This document shows, in pieces, positions 1 to 10,335 of a DNA stretch of 64,000 bases. The stretch is from positions 4,325,589 to 4,389,588 of the forward strand of contig CP070695.1 in assembly GCA_020353515.1 (NCBI GenBank), written 5' to 3'. Numbering within the stretch: position 1 is the stretch's first letter; each line of letters opens with the position of its first letter. The notes under the pieces were generated by a model, which saw only the letters and a list, made by a program, of their open reading frames with translations, had not been told where the DNA came from and searched no databases. A program made the translations under genes and the position numbers. Origin of the DNA: Candidatus Heimdallarchaeota archaeon (GTDB taxonomy: Archaea; Asgardarchaeota; Heimdallarchaeia; Hodarchaeales; Hodarchaeaceae).

Positions 1-2130
1 TCTGCACCACTTTGCAGGCATAATATTCGCAATCATGTATGCTCATCCCCGACACTTGGATTACGTGGAAAGCAAAGTCCTCGTAGAGAAGGCGCAGACA
101 TTTCTAAAGCTGCGTGGGAGAAATTTCTAAAGAAAAAGAAAAAATATCAAGTGAAAATCCAAGACGATTTAACATTTCTCGTGGAGTTCCCTTGGTATCC
201 TTTCACAAAGCTAAATGCATGGATCCCTACCCGAAGACCTCATTATAAATCAGAGCGCGAAAGATCAATCAATGTAGAAGAGCTTTTCTTGTATTTGGAA
301 CATGAAACTAATGCTGTGGATTATGATAGAAAATTTTTCTATTCTCCTTGGGTACAAGAGCAATTCAACATTTGGCAGAGAAAATGGAAGACACATAATG
401 GGTATTGGGAACAAAATAGAACACATAGAGCTACAAAGTTTGAATTACAATTTCCTCAACTAGCTCAGGAAGACCTCGAAATTCTACGAAAAGCAGGATG
501 TAAGGTTACCTTTGCTGCAGGTGCATTGGAAAAGCTCAAGAAGCTTGAGAAGGAAGCTAGTAAGGATTTCAATATTACAATAGAAACCCATGATGACCGT
601 CTACGAATCCATTGGAACAAAGAATTTAATAAGTGGTTTCACTCTCTTCTAAATGTTTTTGCTAGATTCATGGCCATTAGATCAGAGGACGATCCTCAAG
701 CAGATTTTATTCCTTGTATTCATCAAATTGGTCCTCATGAAATACAGGTTGATTATTGGGCAGCATTTAGAGCCAACCATTTCTGGCATGAAGTCCATCA
801 AGCTATTAAGAAAACAGACCATCCTCCCTTATTTGATCTACAATATCAACCATATCAACCCTCAACGAAAGAATATAATTTCTCAATGGAGCCAAAATAT
901 ACTCTTCGAACATATCAACAAGAGGCTATGGAAGAATGGAAGGATAATCGTTACTATGGTTCTATTCAGCTGCCTACTGGTGCTGGAAAAAGCTTAATTG
1001 GAATTGATGCTATAAGACATGTTCACGAAAGGACTTTAATCTTGGTACCAAATTTAGCTTTAGTAGATCAGTGGGTTGACTTCACTTCGAAATTTCTTTC
1101 AATTCCTGTTAGTCAGATAGGGATTTTCAACGGTCAGAAAAAAGCTTTTCGAGAGTATCCTGTTGTTATTTCCACATATCAACTTTTAAGTCAATATTTA
1201 CAAGATTTACATGCTTATAAGTCCAGTGATAGTTCTACTAAACCTCTCCGTGAAAAAATCTTAGTTGAAGATACAATTGGGTTCTTTACACACAAATTCG
1301 GGTTATTAATCGCAGATGAATCTCATCATATTCAAGCAGAGACCTTTAGACAGATCGCCTTAGATTTAGAGATTCCACGCCGCCTGGCATTGTCAGCTAC
1401 AATTGAAAAAAGTGTTCACTCATCTTTAGTAATTGCTACACTTGGCCCTATCATTTACAAAGTAGGTTATGGTCTTCTTGCACGAGAGGGTTTTATTGCC
1501 CCTATTTACTTTAAACGAATTCATATACCCCTGACTTCCGATGAAAAAGAATATTTAAACCGTAAAGGAAAAAGAGCGTATGGAAAAGTTTCCAGACAAG
1601 CAAGTAACAAGCTTTTAGCTATTCGAAAATTACTAGAAGCACCTGTAACGTCTCAAACCCTGATTTTTACCAGTCGCATCAAACACGCTATGAAAATTCA
1701 TTCTTTCCTCAAAGAACATGGAATAGAATCCACGGTTTTGACTGGGCATACAGTGATGAACGATCGTGAACTGAATCAGATCTTGGATCAATTTCGGCAA
1801 AGCAAAATCCAAACACTCGTGTTAGTGAAAATGCTTAATGAGGGATTTGATGCCCCAGCCGATACAATAATTATTGCATCTGGAACTCGAAACAGAAGAG
1901 AACAAATCCAACGAGTCGGGAGAGCTACTCGACCTGGAAAAGTAGCTAAGTTATTTGAATTAATAATCGATCCTCTAGAATTGAATTACGAATTCGAAGT
2001 AGCTCAAGCACGAGATATCTCAGATGTAATTGAACCCCAGGTACAAGACCTTCTTTTACCAATAGAGATCAAAGAAGAGATCGAAAAAGTAGTTGATGAT
2101 ATTAAACTTAGTTTTTATGAGGGCTATTGA
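1..2130 (+). CDS. SF2 DEAD/DEAH-box helicase, XPB/Rad25-like, with long N-terminal extension (5' partial)
   Basis: Motifs LPTGAGKS, DESHH, LSAT, EGFD, QRVGRATR. Frame 1 is open from base 1 into the 151 ORF, so the true start probably lies upstream of the window. Confidence 0.85.
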   Translation, partial: SAPLCRHNIRNHVCSSPTLGLRGKQSPRREGADISKAAWEKFLKKKKKYQVKIQDDLTFLVEFPWYPFTKLNAWIPTRRPHYKSERERSINVEELFLYLEHETNAVDYDRKFFYSPWVQEQFNIWQRKWKTHNGYWEQNRTHRATKFELQFPQLAQEDLEILRKAGCKVTFAAGALEKLKKLEKEASKDFNITIETHDDRLRIHWNKEFNKWFHSLLNVFARFMAIRSEDDPQADFIPCIHQIGPHEIQVDYWAAFRANHFWHEVHQAIKKTDHPPLFDLQYQPYQPSTKEYNFSMEPKYTLRTYQQEAMEEWKDNRYYGSIQLPTGAGKSLIGIDAIRHVHERTLILVPNLALVDQWVDFTSKFLSIPVSQIGIFNGQKKAFREYPVVISTYQLLSQYLQDLHAYKSSDSSTKPLREKILVEDTIGFFTHKFGLLIADESHHIQAETFRQIALDLEIPRRLALSATIEKSVHSSLVIATLGPIIYKVGYGLLAREGFIAPIYFKRIHIPLTSDEKEYLNRKGKRAYGKVSRQASNKLLAIRKLLEAPVTSQTLIFTSRIKHAMKIHSFLKEHGIESTVLTGHTVMNDRELNQILDQFRQSKIQTLVLVKMLNEGFDAPADTIIIASGTRNRREQIQRVGRATRPGKVAKLFELIIDPLELNYEFEVAQARDISDVIEPQVQDLLLPIEIKEEIEKVVDDIKLSFYEGY

Positions 2131-3346
2131 TACCACGTTCAAAATCCTGTTCTTTAATCTTGTACAAGAGAAATAAAATCATTGTAATAACAAGAATACT
2201 AAATGTAAGAATATAAAATACAGCATTTAGATCTAGTATTTCCCATATGGGCCCTGATACAATAGTTGAAGTAGTTCGTCCTAAAGAGACATAAAAACCT
2301 AAGGCTCCCAGAGCTGTACCACGGAATTCTATAGGTGCACTTCTTGAAACCTCATTATTTTCTGCCATATAAGAGGTCATCATGGACACATTCAAGCAAA
2401 TGTACAGTAATATCAATATTAGAAAATCCTGTACTACTGTAAACACTAGTAAAGCAAGAGAGTATATGATTAGGGTAATAGTAATAACATATATGAAACG
2501 AAACTTATCAGTCAATCTTCCCAAGAATGGCTTAAACCATATACTTAATATAATTGCCCAAAAGCCAATTTCTGCGACATCACCACGAGTATATCCTTTT
2601 TGCAAGATTAGTAAGGGCAAGAATGTCGACGTAGTAAATTCAGTAATTGCTACTATGAACTGATAAATATAGGCTCTTGTTAAACCTCTTATCAAGGTCA
2701 TATGTTTTAACGAGGAGAGCATTGAGAAAAAAGAGTCAATAATTGCTCTTGGAATACAAGAAACTTGTTTTCTATCGGCTTTATCCAATCCTTCTGGCAA
2801 TAATTTGACATTTACTAATCCAAAGAGGAATGCCATTCCTGCAGCAAGACCAAAAAGATCCCTCAAGCTCCATAACAATTCATCCAAAGTTAAGTTAGAT
2901 ATCAATAATCCAATAATTGACCCTAAGTCAGCCATTTGAAATATTCGACCAATAGATCCCCCTGAACTGTTTTCTGGTGAGAAATCTGACACATAAGCTA
3001 ATAAACACGGCCAAAAAGCACTCATACCAAGTGCAACGAATAGGATGGAGAATAAGATCCAAAACCAGTGGTCTGCAATGGACATCAGGATCAACGCAAC
3101 AGTCAAACTAAAATGACCAAACAGAATCAATGGCTTTCTGCCAATTATCTGTGAGAGATCTCCGAAGGGGACACGAAAAAGGAGTTGTAAAAGATTCCTC
3201 AGTGAAACAATGATCGTAATAATAATGATAGCAGCTAGTAAGTCTTCCTTCAAAAAAATCACAATATAATTTCCAATTATAACTAATTGAAATGTTGCTA
3301 AAACGGTTCCTAACCCTGCTATCCAAATTGCCTTCGTTGAGGTCAT
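2108..3346 (-). CDS. MFS transporter
   Basis: About 12 hydrophobic segments; MFS motif-A-like GDLSQIIGRK and GRLTDKFR. Confidence 0.9.
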   Translation of the reverse strand: MTSTKAIWIAGLGTVLATFQLVIIGNYIVIFLKEDLLAAIIIITIIVSLRNLLQLLFRVPFGDLSQIIGRKPLILFGHFSLTVALILMSIADHWFWILFSILFVALGMSAFWPCLLAYVSDFSPENSSGGSIGRIFQMADLGSIIGLLISNLTLDELLWSLRDLFGLAAGMAFLFGLVNVKLLPEGLDKADRKQVSCIPRAIIDSFFSMLSSLKHMTLIRGLTRAYIYQFIVAITEFTTSTFLPLLILQKGYTRGDVAEIGFWAIILSIWFKPFLGRLTDKFRFIYVITITLIIYSLALLVFTVVQDFLILILLYICLNVSMMTSYMAENNEVSRSAPIEFRGTALGALGFYVSLGRTTSTIVSGPIWEILDLNAVFYILTFSILVITMILFLLYKIKEQDFERGINSPHKN

Positions 3347-3530
3347 TAGCTTAAAATCAGCCTTCTTTTACGCATTTTATTCGTACTCTTGGCTAGATAT
3401 ATCTTCCTTCCTCAGTTTACCATCAAACTGAAGATAAAGATTCTCACCCAAAACTTTTAATTTTCTAGAAAGGAAAAATTAGAAAACTTTTACAAAGGTA
3501 TTCAGATTAAAGAAGTAAAGAGGAACTATT

Positions 3531-4427
3531 ATGGCTGAAATTGTTCAAAGTGAAGAAGCTACAGTGAAGATAAACGGTATTGAGATAACGTATGATACTT
3601 TTGGAGACCCTCAAGCTGCCCCAATGTTGCTTATTATGGGATTAAGTACTCAGATGATTATGTGGGACGAAGCTTTTTGCAAAGCGATAGCTTCAAATGG
3701 ATATTGGGTTATCCGTTTTGATAATCGTGATGTTGGACTTTCAACAAAGTTTGACAATGCAGGTATCCCCGATTTAATGGAAATGATGATGAAAGTCCAA
3801 CAGGGAGAAGAAGTAAAAGCCCCTTATACATTATTAGACATGGCAAAAGATGCGATTGGATTACTCGATGTATTGAAAATTGATACTGCTCACATTGTAG
3901 GTGCATCTATGGGAGGAATGATAGCTCAAACTATTGCTATTCATTATCCTGAACGAGTACGTACTTTGACATCAATTATGTCGACAACTAGTAATCCAGA
4001 ACTACCACAACCAGGACCAGAGGCAATATCTATTCTGATCACACCTCCTCCCTCTGAAAGAGCTGAATATATTGAAGATTCAGTAAAAACATGGAGGTTT
4101 TTGAATGGGGAGTTATCATTTGATGAGGATTTTGTACGAGAACGCTCAACCCAAGCTTTTGATAGGTGTTACTATCCTGTTGGCGCTGGAAGACAACTCG
4201 CGGCCATTTTAGCCTCTGGTAGTCGTAAAGAGGAACTTAAAAATGTTAAGGTGCCAACTCTAGTGATTCATGGAGATACTGACCCCCTAGTTCCTGTTGA
4301 AGGAGGAAAAGAGACAGCAGAAGTCATTCCAGAAGCAAAATTATTGATTTTAGAAGGAATGGGTCATAGTATTCCGGCAGAAGTGGCGCCAAAAATAATA
4401 GAAGCCATAGTAAAACATGCTATTTAG
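3531..4427 (+). CDS. alpha/beta-fold hydrolase
   Basis: DNRDVGLS, nucleophile elbow GASMGG, HGDTDPL, GMGH. Confidence 0.92.
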   Translation: MAEIVQSEEATVKINGIEITYDTFGDPQAAPMLLIMGLSTQMIMWDEAFCKAIASNGYWVIRFDNRDVGLSTKFDNAGIPDLMEMMMKVQQGEEVKAPYTLLDMAKDAIGLLDVLKIDTAHIVGASMGGMIAQTIAIHYPERVRTLTSIMSTTSNPELPQPGPEAISILITPPPSERAEYIEDSVKTWRFLNGELSFDEDFVRERSTQAFDRCYYPVGAGRQLAAILASGSRKEELKNVKVPTLVIHGDTDPLVPVEGGKETAEVIPEAKLLILEGMGHSIPAEVAPKIIEAIVKHAI

Positions 4428-4504
4428 CAGGGAAAAGATAATCCCAGGGGGAAAATTCTGTATTAAGTGTGGAGCAGTTATAAGTAGAAAATCCAGCTAG
4501 TTAA

Positions 4505-5062
4505 TTAGGTGAGCCGTTTCTCTAATTCCAAGAAACGCTCCTGCAATTTGATAATAAAAGAATCAAGCTCTTTCTCAACAGTGCTGATCCATTCAATCAA
4601 AATATCAAGGGCTAAAAGAGCTTGTTTCCCTTTTGTTGTTCCTTTGGATTCCTCTGAGAGCGATGTTCCCCAATGTTCTCGAATCCTAATTAGATCATCA
4701 GCTTTTTCTTGTAAAGAATTAGCACTTTGATCGTAGATGTGAATCAACAATTCACGAAAAGAAGTAGGCTCAACCTGGTATTTCCATTCGCGACTACCTG
4801 GTTCACGCCTTCGAGTAATTAAGTTCCAATTCTCAAGTTCTTTTAAATTTCTGCTAATTGTCGAGGGATTGACTTTGAATTTCTCAACAAGATCTTTTTG
4901 GAGTAAGGGTTTATCAGGGGACGATAAGACACATAAAGCATAAATTCGCCCTAATAGTGGTGATCCACCCCGATCATACATGAAATCTTCAAAAAAATTG
5001 GAAATCTCTTCCTCTAACTTTGATATATCTTGTGAATCTTCCTCACTACTAATATCTGACAT
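4505..5062 (-). CDS. GbsR/MarR-like winged-helix transcriptional regulator
   Basis: GRIYALC...QKDLVEKFKVNPSTISRNLKELE...RREPGSREWKY. Confidence 0.8.
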   Translation of the reverse strand: MSDISSEEDSQDISKLEEEISNFFEDFMYDRGGSPLLGRIYALCVLSSPDKPLLQKDLVEKFKVNPSTISRNLKELENWNLITRRREPGSREWKYQVEPTSFRELLIHIYDQSANSLQEKADDLIRIREHWGTSLSEESKGTTKGKQALLALDILIEWISTVEKELDSFIIKLQERFLELEKRLT

Positions 5063-5289
5063 AAGATTTCAACCTATATTGATGAAAGAGCACTACAAAC
5101 ACGAAAAATAAAGACCTTTATAAAAATATTATTAATTTCTTATGAGCTTAATTATAATCTCATGAAGCTCTACTCAAGTGACATAAGAACCTTCTCTAGG
5201 TTGGTTTTGTAAGAAATTTCTTTAAAATAAACAAAGATATTCTATTCCAACACTCGAATGGGTCTGAATGTCTAAAAAAATGGCTGTGA

Positions 5290-7005
5290 TTGACGTTGAT
5301 CACTAATTTATCCCTACAGAATTTTAAAGGATTCGGGTATCCTGGTCAGAACATCCCAATGAATCGAATCACGTTACTTTTTGGTGCTAATAGCGCAGGA
5401 AAAACCTCAATAATTCAATCTCTCCTTTTGCTTCACCAAACGATTACTGAAGCCACAGATCCTACTACAGTATTACTACCAAATGGTACTCTCATCTCAT
5501 TGGGAAGTTTCAGAGAATTTGTCCACAAACATGATCTAGATCGGGAAATAAAAATCGGGATCGAATCTGAATATATTGATAGTATGTGTTTCTCTTTTCG
5601 TTTACAAAACAATCTAATGGAAATGGCTAGTTTTGAAGGGTTAGCAAAAGAATGGATGACTACTAATTCAAAAATACAGAATTGGGAAAGGATTCGTTTT
5701 CGTGGAGAAAATGCTGATAGAAATCGTTACAATATGAATTTCATCAATTATGTTGAAACCTTTGATCAATTATTGCAACAACCAAACATTATCGAAGATT
5801 TGATTAAAGAAGTTCAAAGACGAAAAGAATTCACTGAACGAACCCTAAAGTTATTAGAAGGAGAAATGACCCAAATAGATAAGAAACAGTTGATTGAAGA
5901 AGAAGATAAAGACATTTATTCTCATAAAATGATGAATTTTTTAGTAACTAATATTTTTAGATCAATAAAGGAGGGAGGGGAAACAAGGCCTCAGGATGAA
6001 CTCAAGAATTTGTTGTTATACTTATCACCACAAGATTTTGAATTCACAACAGATTTATTGAAATTTACAACAAGTAAAGAGCTAATACAGCTCTTTAATG
6101 AGGTAATAACTTCAATTAAAGAGAAAAGGATCAGTAGTATGTTAGATTTCCAAGAAAAGGTAACTATAAGTAACCTCTTAATGTTAAAATCGAATTTTAC
6201 TCTTGAAAAAAACGAAAAAGGAAAAACACCTGATTTACAAAAAGAACAGATTAAAAAATTGATATTTACTACAATTTTCCGTGAGTATTTCAATATCCCA
6301 TCAATGAAAAAGAATATTGAGTATACTAGGAAGAAAATAAATCATCAGTTGGCTCGAATACTTTTCTTAGGGCCCTTAAGACGCGAACCTGAAAGATATT
6401 ACTTTTTTTCTGGTAATGTCCCAACTGATGTTGGTAAGAAGGGCGATAAAACAGCTGAATCTCTATTTTATTCCAAAGACATTCAAGAAGCTGTTAATAA
6501 GAAACTAAATGAACTAGGTATTGATTATCACATCAATGTGACTCCAATCTCTGGAGAAACAAAGGATATTTTCAGTGTACGGTTATTGGATCAAACACTG
6601 AAGACTGATGTTAGCATTTCGGAAGTAGGATTCGGCTTCAGTCAAATTCTGCCAATTATTGTGCAATCGTATTTATCTACTGATAACATTATATGTATTG
6701 AGCAACCTGAAATACATATTCATCCACGATTACAAACAGAACTTGCTCAGTTATTCTATGAAAGAGTTAAGGAAAATAAAAAGCTTCAGTATATCATTGA
6801 AACACACAGTGAACATATTATTCTCCGTTTTCAAAAATTAATACGGAAACAACAACTAAAGCCATCAGATATTTCTGTTATTTACGTTATGAAAGAAAAG
6901 GAAGGGATAATCTGTAAACAACTTAAACTGGATCAGAAGGGAGATTTTATTGACCCCTGGCCTGAAGGATTTTTTGATGAAGCATTTAAAGAAAGGTTTG
7001 GTTAA
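5290..7005 (+). CDS. ABC-type ATPase (AAA_15/AAA_21-like) with C-terminal DUF3696-like tail
   Basis: LQNFKGF, Walker A GANSAGKT, helical insert, LGPLR, signature VGFGFSQ, Walker B IEQPEIHIHP, H-loop ETHSE, tail GDFIDPWPEGFFD. Confidence 0.88.
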   Translation: MTLITNLSLQNFKGFGYPGQNIPMNRITLLFGANSAGKTSIIQSLLLLHQTITEATDPTTVLLPNGTLISLGSFREFVHKHDLDREIKIGIESEYIDSMCFSFRLQNNLMEMASFEGLAKEWMTTNSKIQNWERIRFRGENADRNRYNMNFINYVETFDQLLQQPNIIEDLIKEVQRRKEFTERTLKLLEGEMTQIDKKQLIEEEDKDIYSHKMMNFLVTNIFRSIKEGGETRPQDELKNLLLYLSPQDFEFTTDLLKFTTSKELIQLFNEVITSIKEKRISSMLDFQEKVTISNLLMLKSNFTLEKNEKGKTPDLQKEQIKKLIFTTIFREYFNIPSMKKNIEYTRKKINHQLARILFLGPLRREPERYYFFSGNVPTDVGKKGDKTAESLFYSKDIQEAVNKKLNELGIDYHINVTPISGETKDIFSVRLLDQTLKTDVSISEVGFGFSQILPIIVQSYLSTDNIICIEQPEIHIHPRLQTELAQLFYERVKENKKLQYIIETHSEHIILRFQKLIRKQQLKPSDISVIYVMKEKEGIICKQLKLDQKGDFIDPWPEGFFDEAFKERFG

Positions 7006-7011
7006 GAAGAA

Positions 7012-8043
7012 ATGAAATTTCACGTCTTTTCTCTTTCCCCCAGTTGTTTTCAAAATAATAACCCAATTGAGGTAACAATCAAAATATTAAGTCTATTATT
7101 CCGTCACGCTCTACTCTTTAATCATCAAGATCTATACGGAAAAATAATTCGGAAACTTAGCTTAAACTTGGATCATAATCGAGTTAAGGATCTTGAATTA
7201 TTGTTACTAATGTACCATAAAGAAAAACGAATAGTGGAAGTGATTAAGAACGAATCTCATGATTTTAATTCTTTATGTCAATTAAACAAATATCTCTTTG
7301 AACAAGGTATCACTATTCTTTTCTCAAAGGAGGAAATGACACCTTCCGCGTCAACAACTTGTGGAAATTCGTGTTTTATGGCAGAGAAATCACATATTGA
7401 TGTCTATACATACGTGGATGATTTCCCAATACCTCCTTCACAAGAAATTCGGTTAGAGAAGCAATATGATAATGAATGGATGAAAGAGAACATTTATAAT
7501 CCTCTGTTAGTCGGTTCCACAATTATACGTATTGTAGATCCGTTTGTTGGAAGAGAATTGTACAATATTGCTGATGTAAAAGTTGATAGATGGGAGACAG
7601 AAAGTCATTGGGTGTACTCATTAACAGAAATTTTCAACCTCTTCCAAGATCAATCTATCTTTAAAGATCGGAAGTATTTCATCTACACGGCAGTTAGAGT
7701 CGATGAAGAACATAAAGCAATAGAAACTGCAGAGCGATTCCGAAAACAATTTCTGAATGATACCAGTATTATTGTCAAATTTTTCTTCTATGTCTATGAA
7801 AAGTCTTTCAATCCTCCAGATGAGTTCCCCCATGATAGGTATATACTTACAGATAATGTAGGGGTGAATATTGGCATAGGTTTGGATACTATTAACCCAG
7901 ATAACCAACAAATCAGGCGAGAAACCCAATTAACCTTTGTTGGAAATGAAACAGTGGCTTCAGTTATGTCTCAGCTAAAGAACATCCCAATAGGTACGGT
8001 AAAGGGAAAAAAAAGTCGAATCTTAAGAAGAAAAACCATTTAG
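7012..8043 (+). CDS. Hypothetical protein with C-terminal MITD1-C/PLD-like (HDR) domain
   Basis: IRIVDPFV and PHDRYILTDNVGVNIGIGLD resemble the MIT_C pattern (IxDPY...HDRxI...IGRGLD); starts 6 bp after the ATPase stop. Confidence 0.65.
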   Translation: MKFHVFSLSPSCFQNNNPIEVTIKILSLLFRHALLFNHQDLYGKIIRKLSLNLDHNRVKDLELLLLMYHKEKRIVEVIKNESHDFNSLCQLNKYLFEQGITILFSKEEMTPSASTTCGNSCFMAEKSHIDVYTYVDDFPIPPSQEIRLEKQYDNEWMKENIYNPLLVGSTIIRIVDPFVGRELYNIADVKVDRWETESHWVYSLTEIFNLFQDQSIFKDRKYFIYTAVRVDEEHKAIETAERFRKQFLNDTSIIVKFFFYVYEKSFNPPDEFPHDRYILTDNVGVNIGIGLDTINPDNQQIRRETQLTFVGNETVASVMSQLKNIPIGTVKGKKSRILRRKTI

Positions 8044-8055
8044 GTAACATAGATA

Positions 8056-8931
8056 TTAAATAATCTTTACTCCACAATTAGAGCAAAATATCTCGTTAGG
8101 TGAAATTCTCCTCCCGCAATTAAAACAAAAACTAATTTCATTTCGTCTATTAAGTGGTTTTGCCATCTGGTTCGGATAACGTGGTTCATATTGTTCCATA
8201 AACCGTCTTCTTTGGGATCTTAAACTAATGGTAAGGAAAATACCTACAATGGCAATGATTCCAAAGAAGAATAATATTCCAATCATTCCAAGACCAAGAA
8301 ATATGAAATTATCTGAACTATCTGAATATATATATTGTGGATCCGCTAATGTTTCAGAAGTTATTTCTAACCTCGAGGAGGAATAGTAGCCATTCTCTCT
8401 CGAGGCTAATTGAATTTCCCCATCATTGTTAAAGGAATCAAGTCTAAAATAGAATTTCCCATTATCTCTAACATTGTGGGCTGCACTCAAAGAACATTCA
8501 TAACGCCCAGGTTCAGTGATTGTTCCCTCACTCACCAAAGTCTCTTCATTTATATTTGGTTTATTTTCCCAATTTATTAATTTCTCTTCAAAAGAAAAGG
8601 TTTGCCAGACTCTAAAATTGAATGAATGATTATCAGTGATTATTGAGGTAATATTAAGGTTTAAAATCACTCTTAAGACCTCCCCAGGAAAAGGCAGGTC
8701 CCTAACGCGAAAAGCCAGATAGGAATAATGCAATGTTGATGTAGAACTATTAGAACTTACTTTCAAATCTAAAGTATCGCCATAATTAATATTTGGATTA
8801 GAAGAAAAGATATAGGCATCAAAATTACAAATAAAGATAGTAGTACGTTCTATTAACGGATTACAAGTTGTTGGAAGAAAACTTAGGAAAGGAATGGAAA
8901 ATAGAATAAAAATTAAAGCCCTTTTTTTCAT
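8056..8931 (-). CDS. Single-pass membrane protein: signal peptide, DNRLRE/CBM96-like ectodomain, TM, cytoplasmic zinc ribbon
   Basis: DAYIFSSNPNINYG, WENKP, ASREN; TM FIFLGLGMIG...; C-terminal CFNC...CSNC. Confidence 0.7.
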   Translation of the reverse strand: MKKRALIFILFSIPFLSFLPTTCNPLIERTTIFICNFDAYIFSSNPNINYGDTLDLKVSSNSSTSTLHYSYLAFRVRDLPFPGEVLRVILNLNITSIITDNHSFNFRVWQTFSFEEKLINWENKPNINEETLVSEGTITEPGRYECSLSAAHNVRDNGKFYFRLDSFNNDGEIQLASRENGYYSSSRLEITSETLADPQYIYSDSSDNFIFLGLGMIGILFFFGIIAIVGIFLTISLRSQRRRFMEQYEPRYPNQMAKPLNRRNEISFCFNCGRRISPNEIFCSNCGVKII

Positions 8932-9096
8932 CTTTTCACCTAAATTATGTGTTGTTACTCCAGAGATTATTAGTCTGATTTCCTCCCTTCCTCATTTTCT
9001 TCTTAAATTTATTCTTTGGAGAACAATCCTAAAACAGCAAAGGAAGGGCACTTTAATCTTCTAAAAACCATTTCATTAAAAAAAAATTAATTTTGC

Positions 9097-10010
9097 TTAT
9101 TCTATTTCAAATCCTGTAATTATTTCTGGTGGTAACTTTCTCAGATATTCAACTAACGATAAAAAACCAAAATTATTCACTTGTTTTTGGGTTTGAAAAG
9201 ATTGGATAACCTTGTACAATTTAATAGCTCGGATGAATTGTATTTTAGAAAGGAGGATCGCTTCTGGATAACGTAAAGTTGTATAAGCTATTAAAGCGAG
9301 TCCTAGAAAATCAAACAAACTGGGAAGAATTGGATTTGTTATCCACAAAGATAAATTATGACCAAGGTTCAAAATAGGCCGCATACACCCTAATGCTGTA
9401 GCAATAACCCATAAATTTCTCGCTGTGTGGACTCTATTATCAGTTATCACATGTTTTGTTGTTAGATAAACATAAATGAACAGCGATAATACAAAAAATC
9501 GATAACCCTCTAATAGTAGTTGAAAACCACTTGCCAGTAAAATAATTCCATTTTAGGTAATTAATCCTACCCCTACATCAGGGGAATGAAAATCGACATA
9601 CTTCCTCATCTTAACAAACAATACTAGTCCCGTCTCGGGAAGATTCACAACTTCATACAATAAAATGAATGTCTGAATAATAGAAAACCAAATCACTCCT
9701 ATAAGCAATATAATTAGAGGGGGACGATCCCACTTCATTCGTATTGTATAAACGAAGATAAACAAGAAAAATATCATAAATGTACTATCTACGATTTGCC
9801 ATACTAACACCACCGGTGAGGAAAGGTTGATCCGAATGACGTCAGAAAACTGTTGAATTGTAAGTGTTATCCACATCTCAGTATATAACAGATAATCAAA
9901 AATCTTCGTCCGAAAATAGTATCTCAAAAAATAGTAGCAGGAATTAGACTTAATAATGCTACTCCAATACGAATCCAGTCGAAAACAGTAAGAGATTCTA
10001 GTAAAAGCAT
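9097..10010 (-). pseudogene. Multi-pass membrane protein gene with a frameshift and an in-frame TAA
   Basis: ATG at 10010 after AGGAGAAGG gives MLLLESLTVFDWIRIGVALLSLIPATIF, which needs one extra T in the run at 9926-9931 to join LRYYFRTK. The TAA at 9553-9555 is followed in frame by NGIILLASGFQ..., running into the 9097..9450 ORF. Confidence 0.65.
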
Positions 10011-10335
10011 AGTAACCAAAATTCCTTCTCCTTAGACTAATCACATGCTTGGTCACTCTTTACAGCTGAAAGTTGACACGATTTACAGTAGATCTCACCA
10101 CTACTCGTCTCAATGATACACTTTTCACAAAAATTTCCTGCACAAAAAGCACAATTATAATTTGATTTCCGTTTTTTGCACCATTCACACCATTCAAAGA
10201 GCTTGTCTTGGATCATCTTCTCTTATGACATTGTGAAAAGGTGTTTTTAACATTTCACCTAAAGCAGTTATTAATCTTTAATAATTGAAGAAAAATTTTT
10301 ATCATGATTATTATTCACTGAATAAAGGATTTAGT

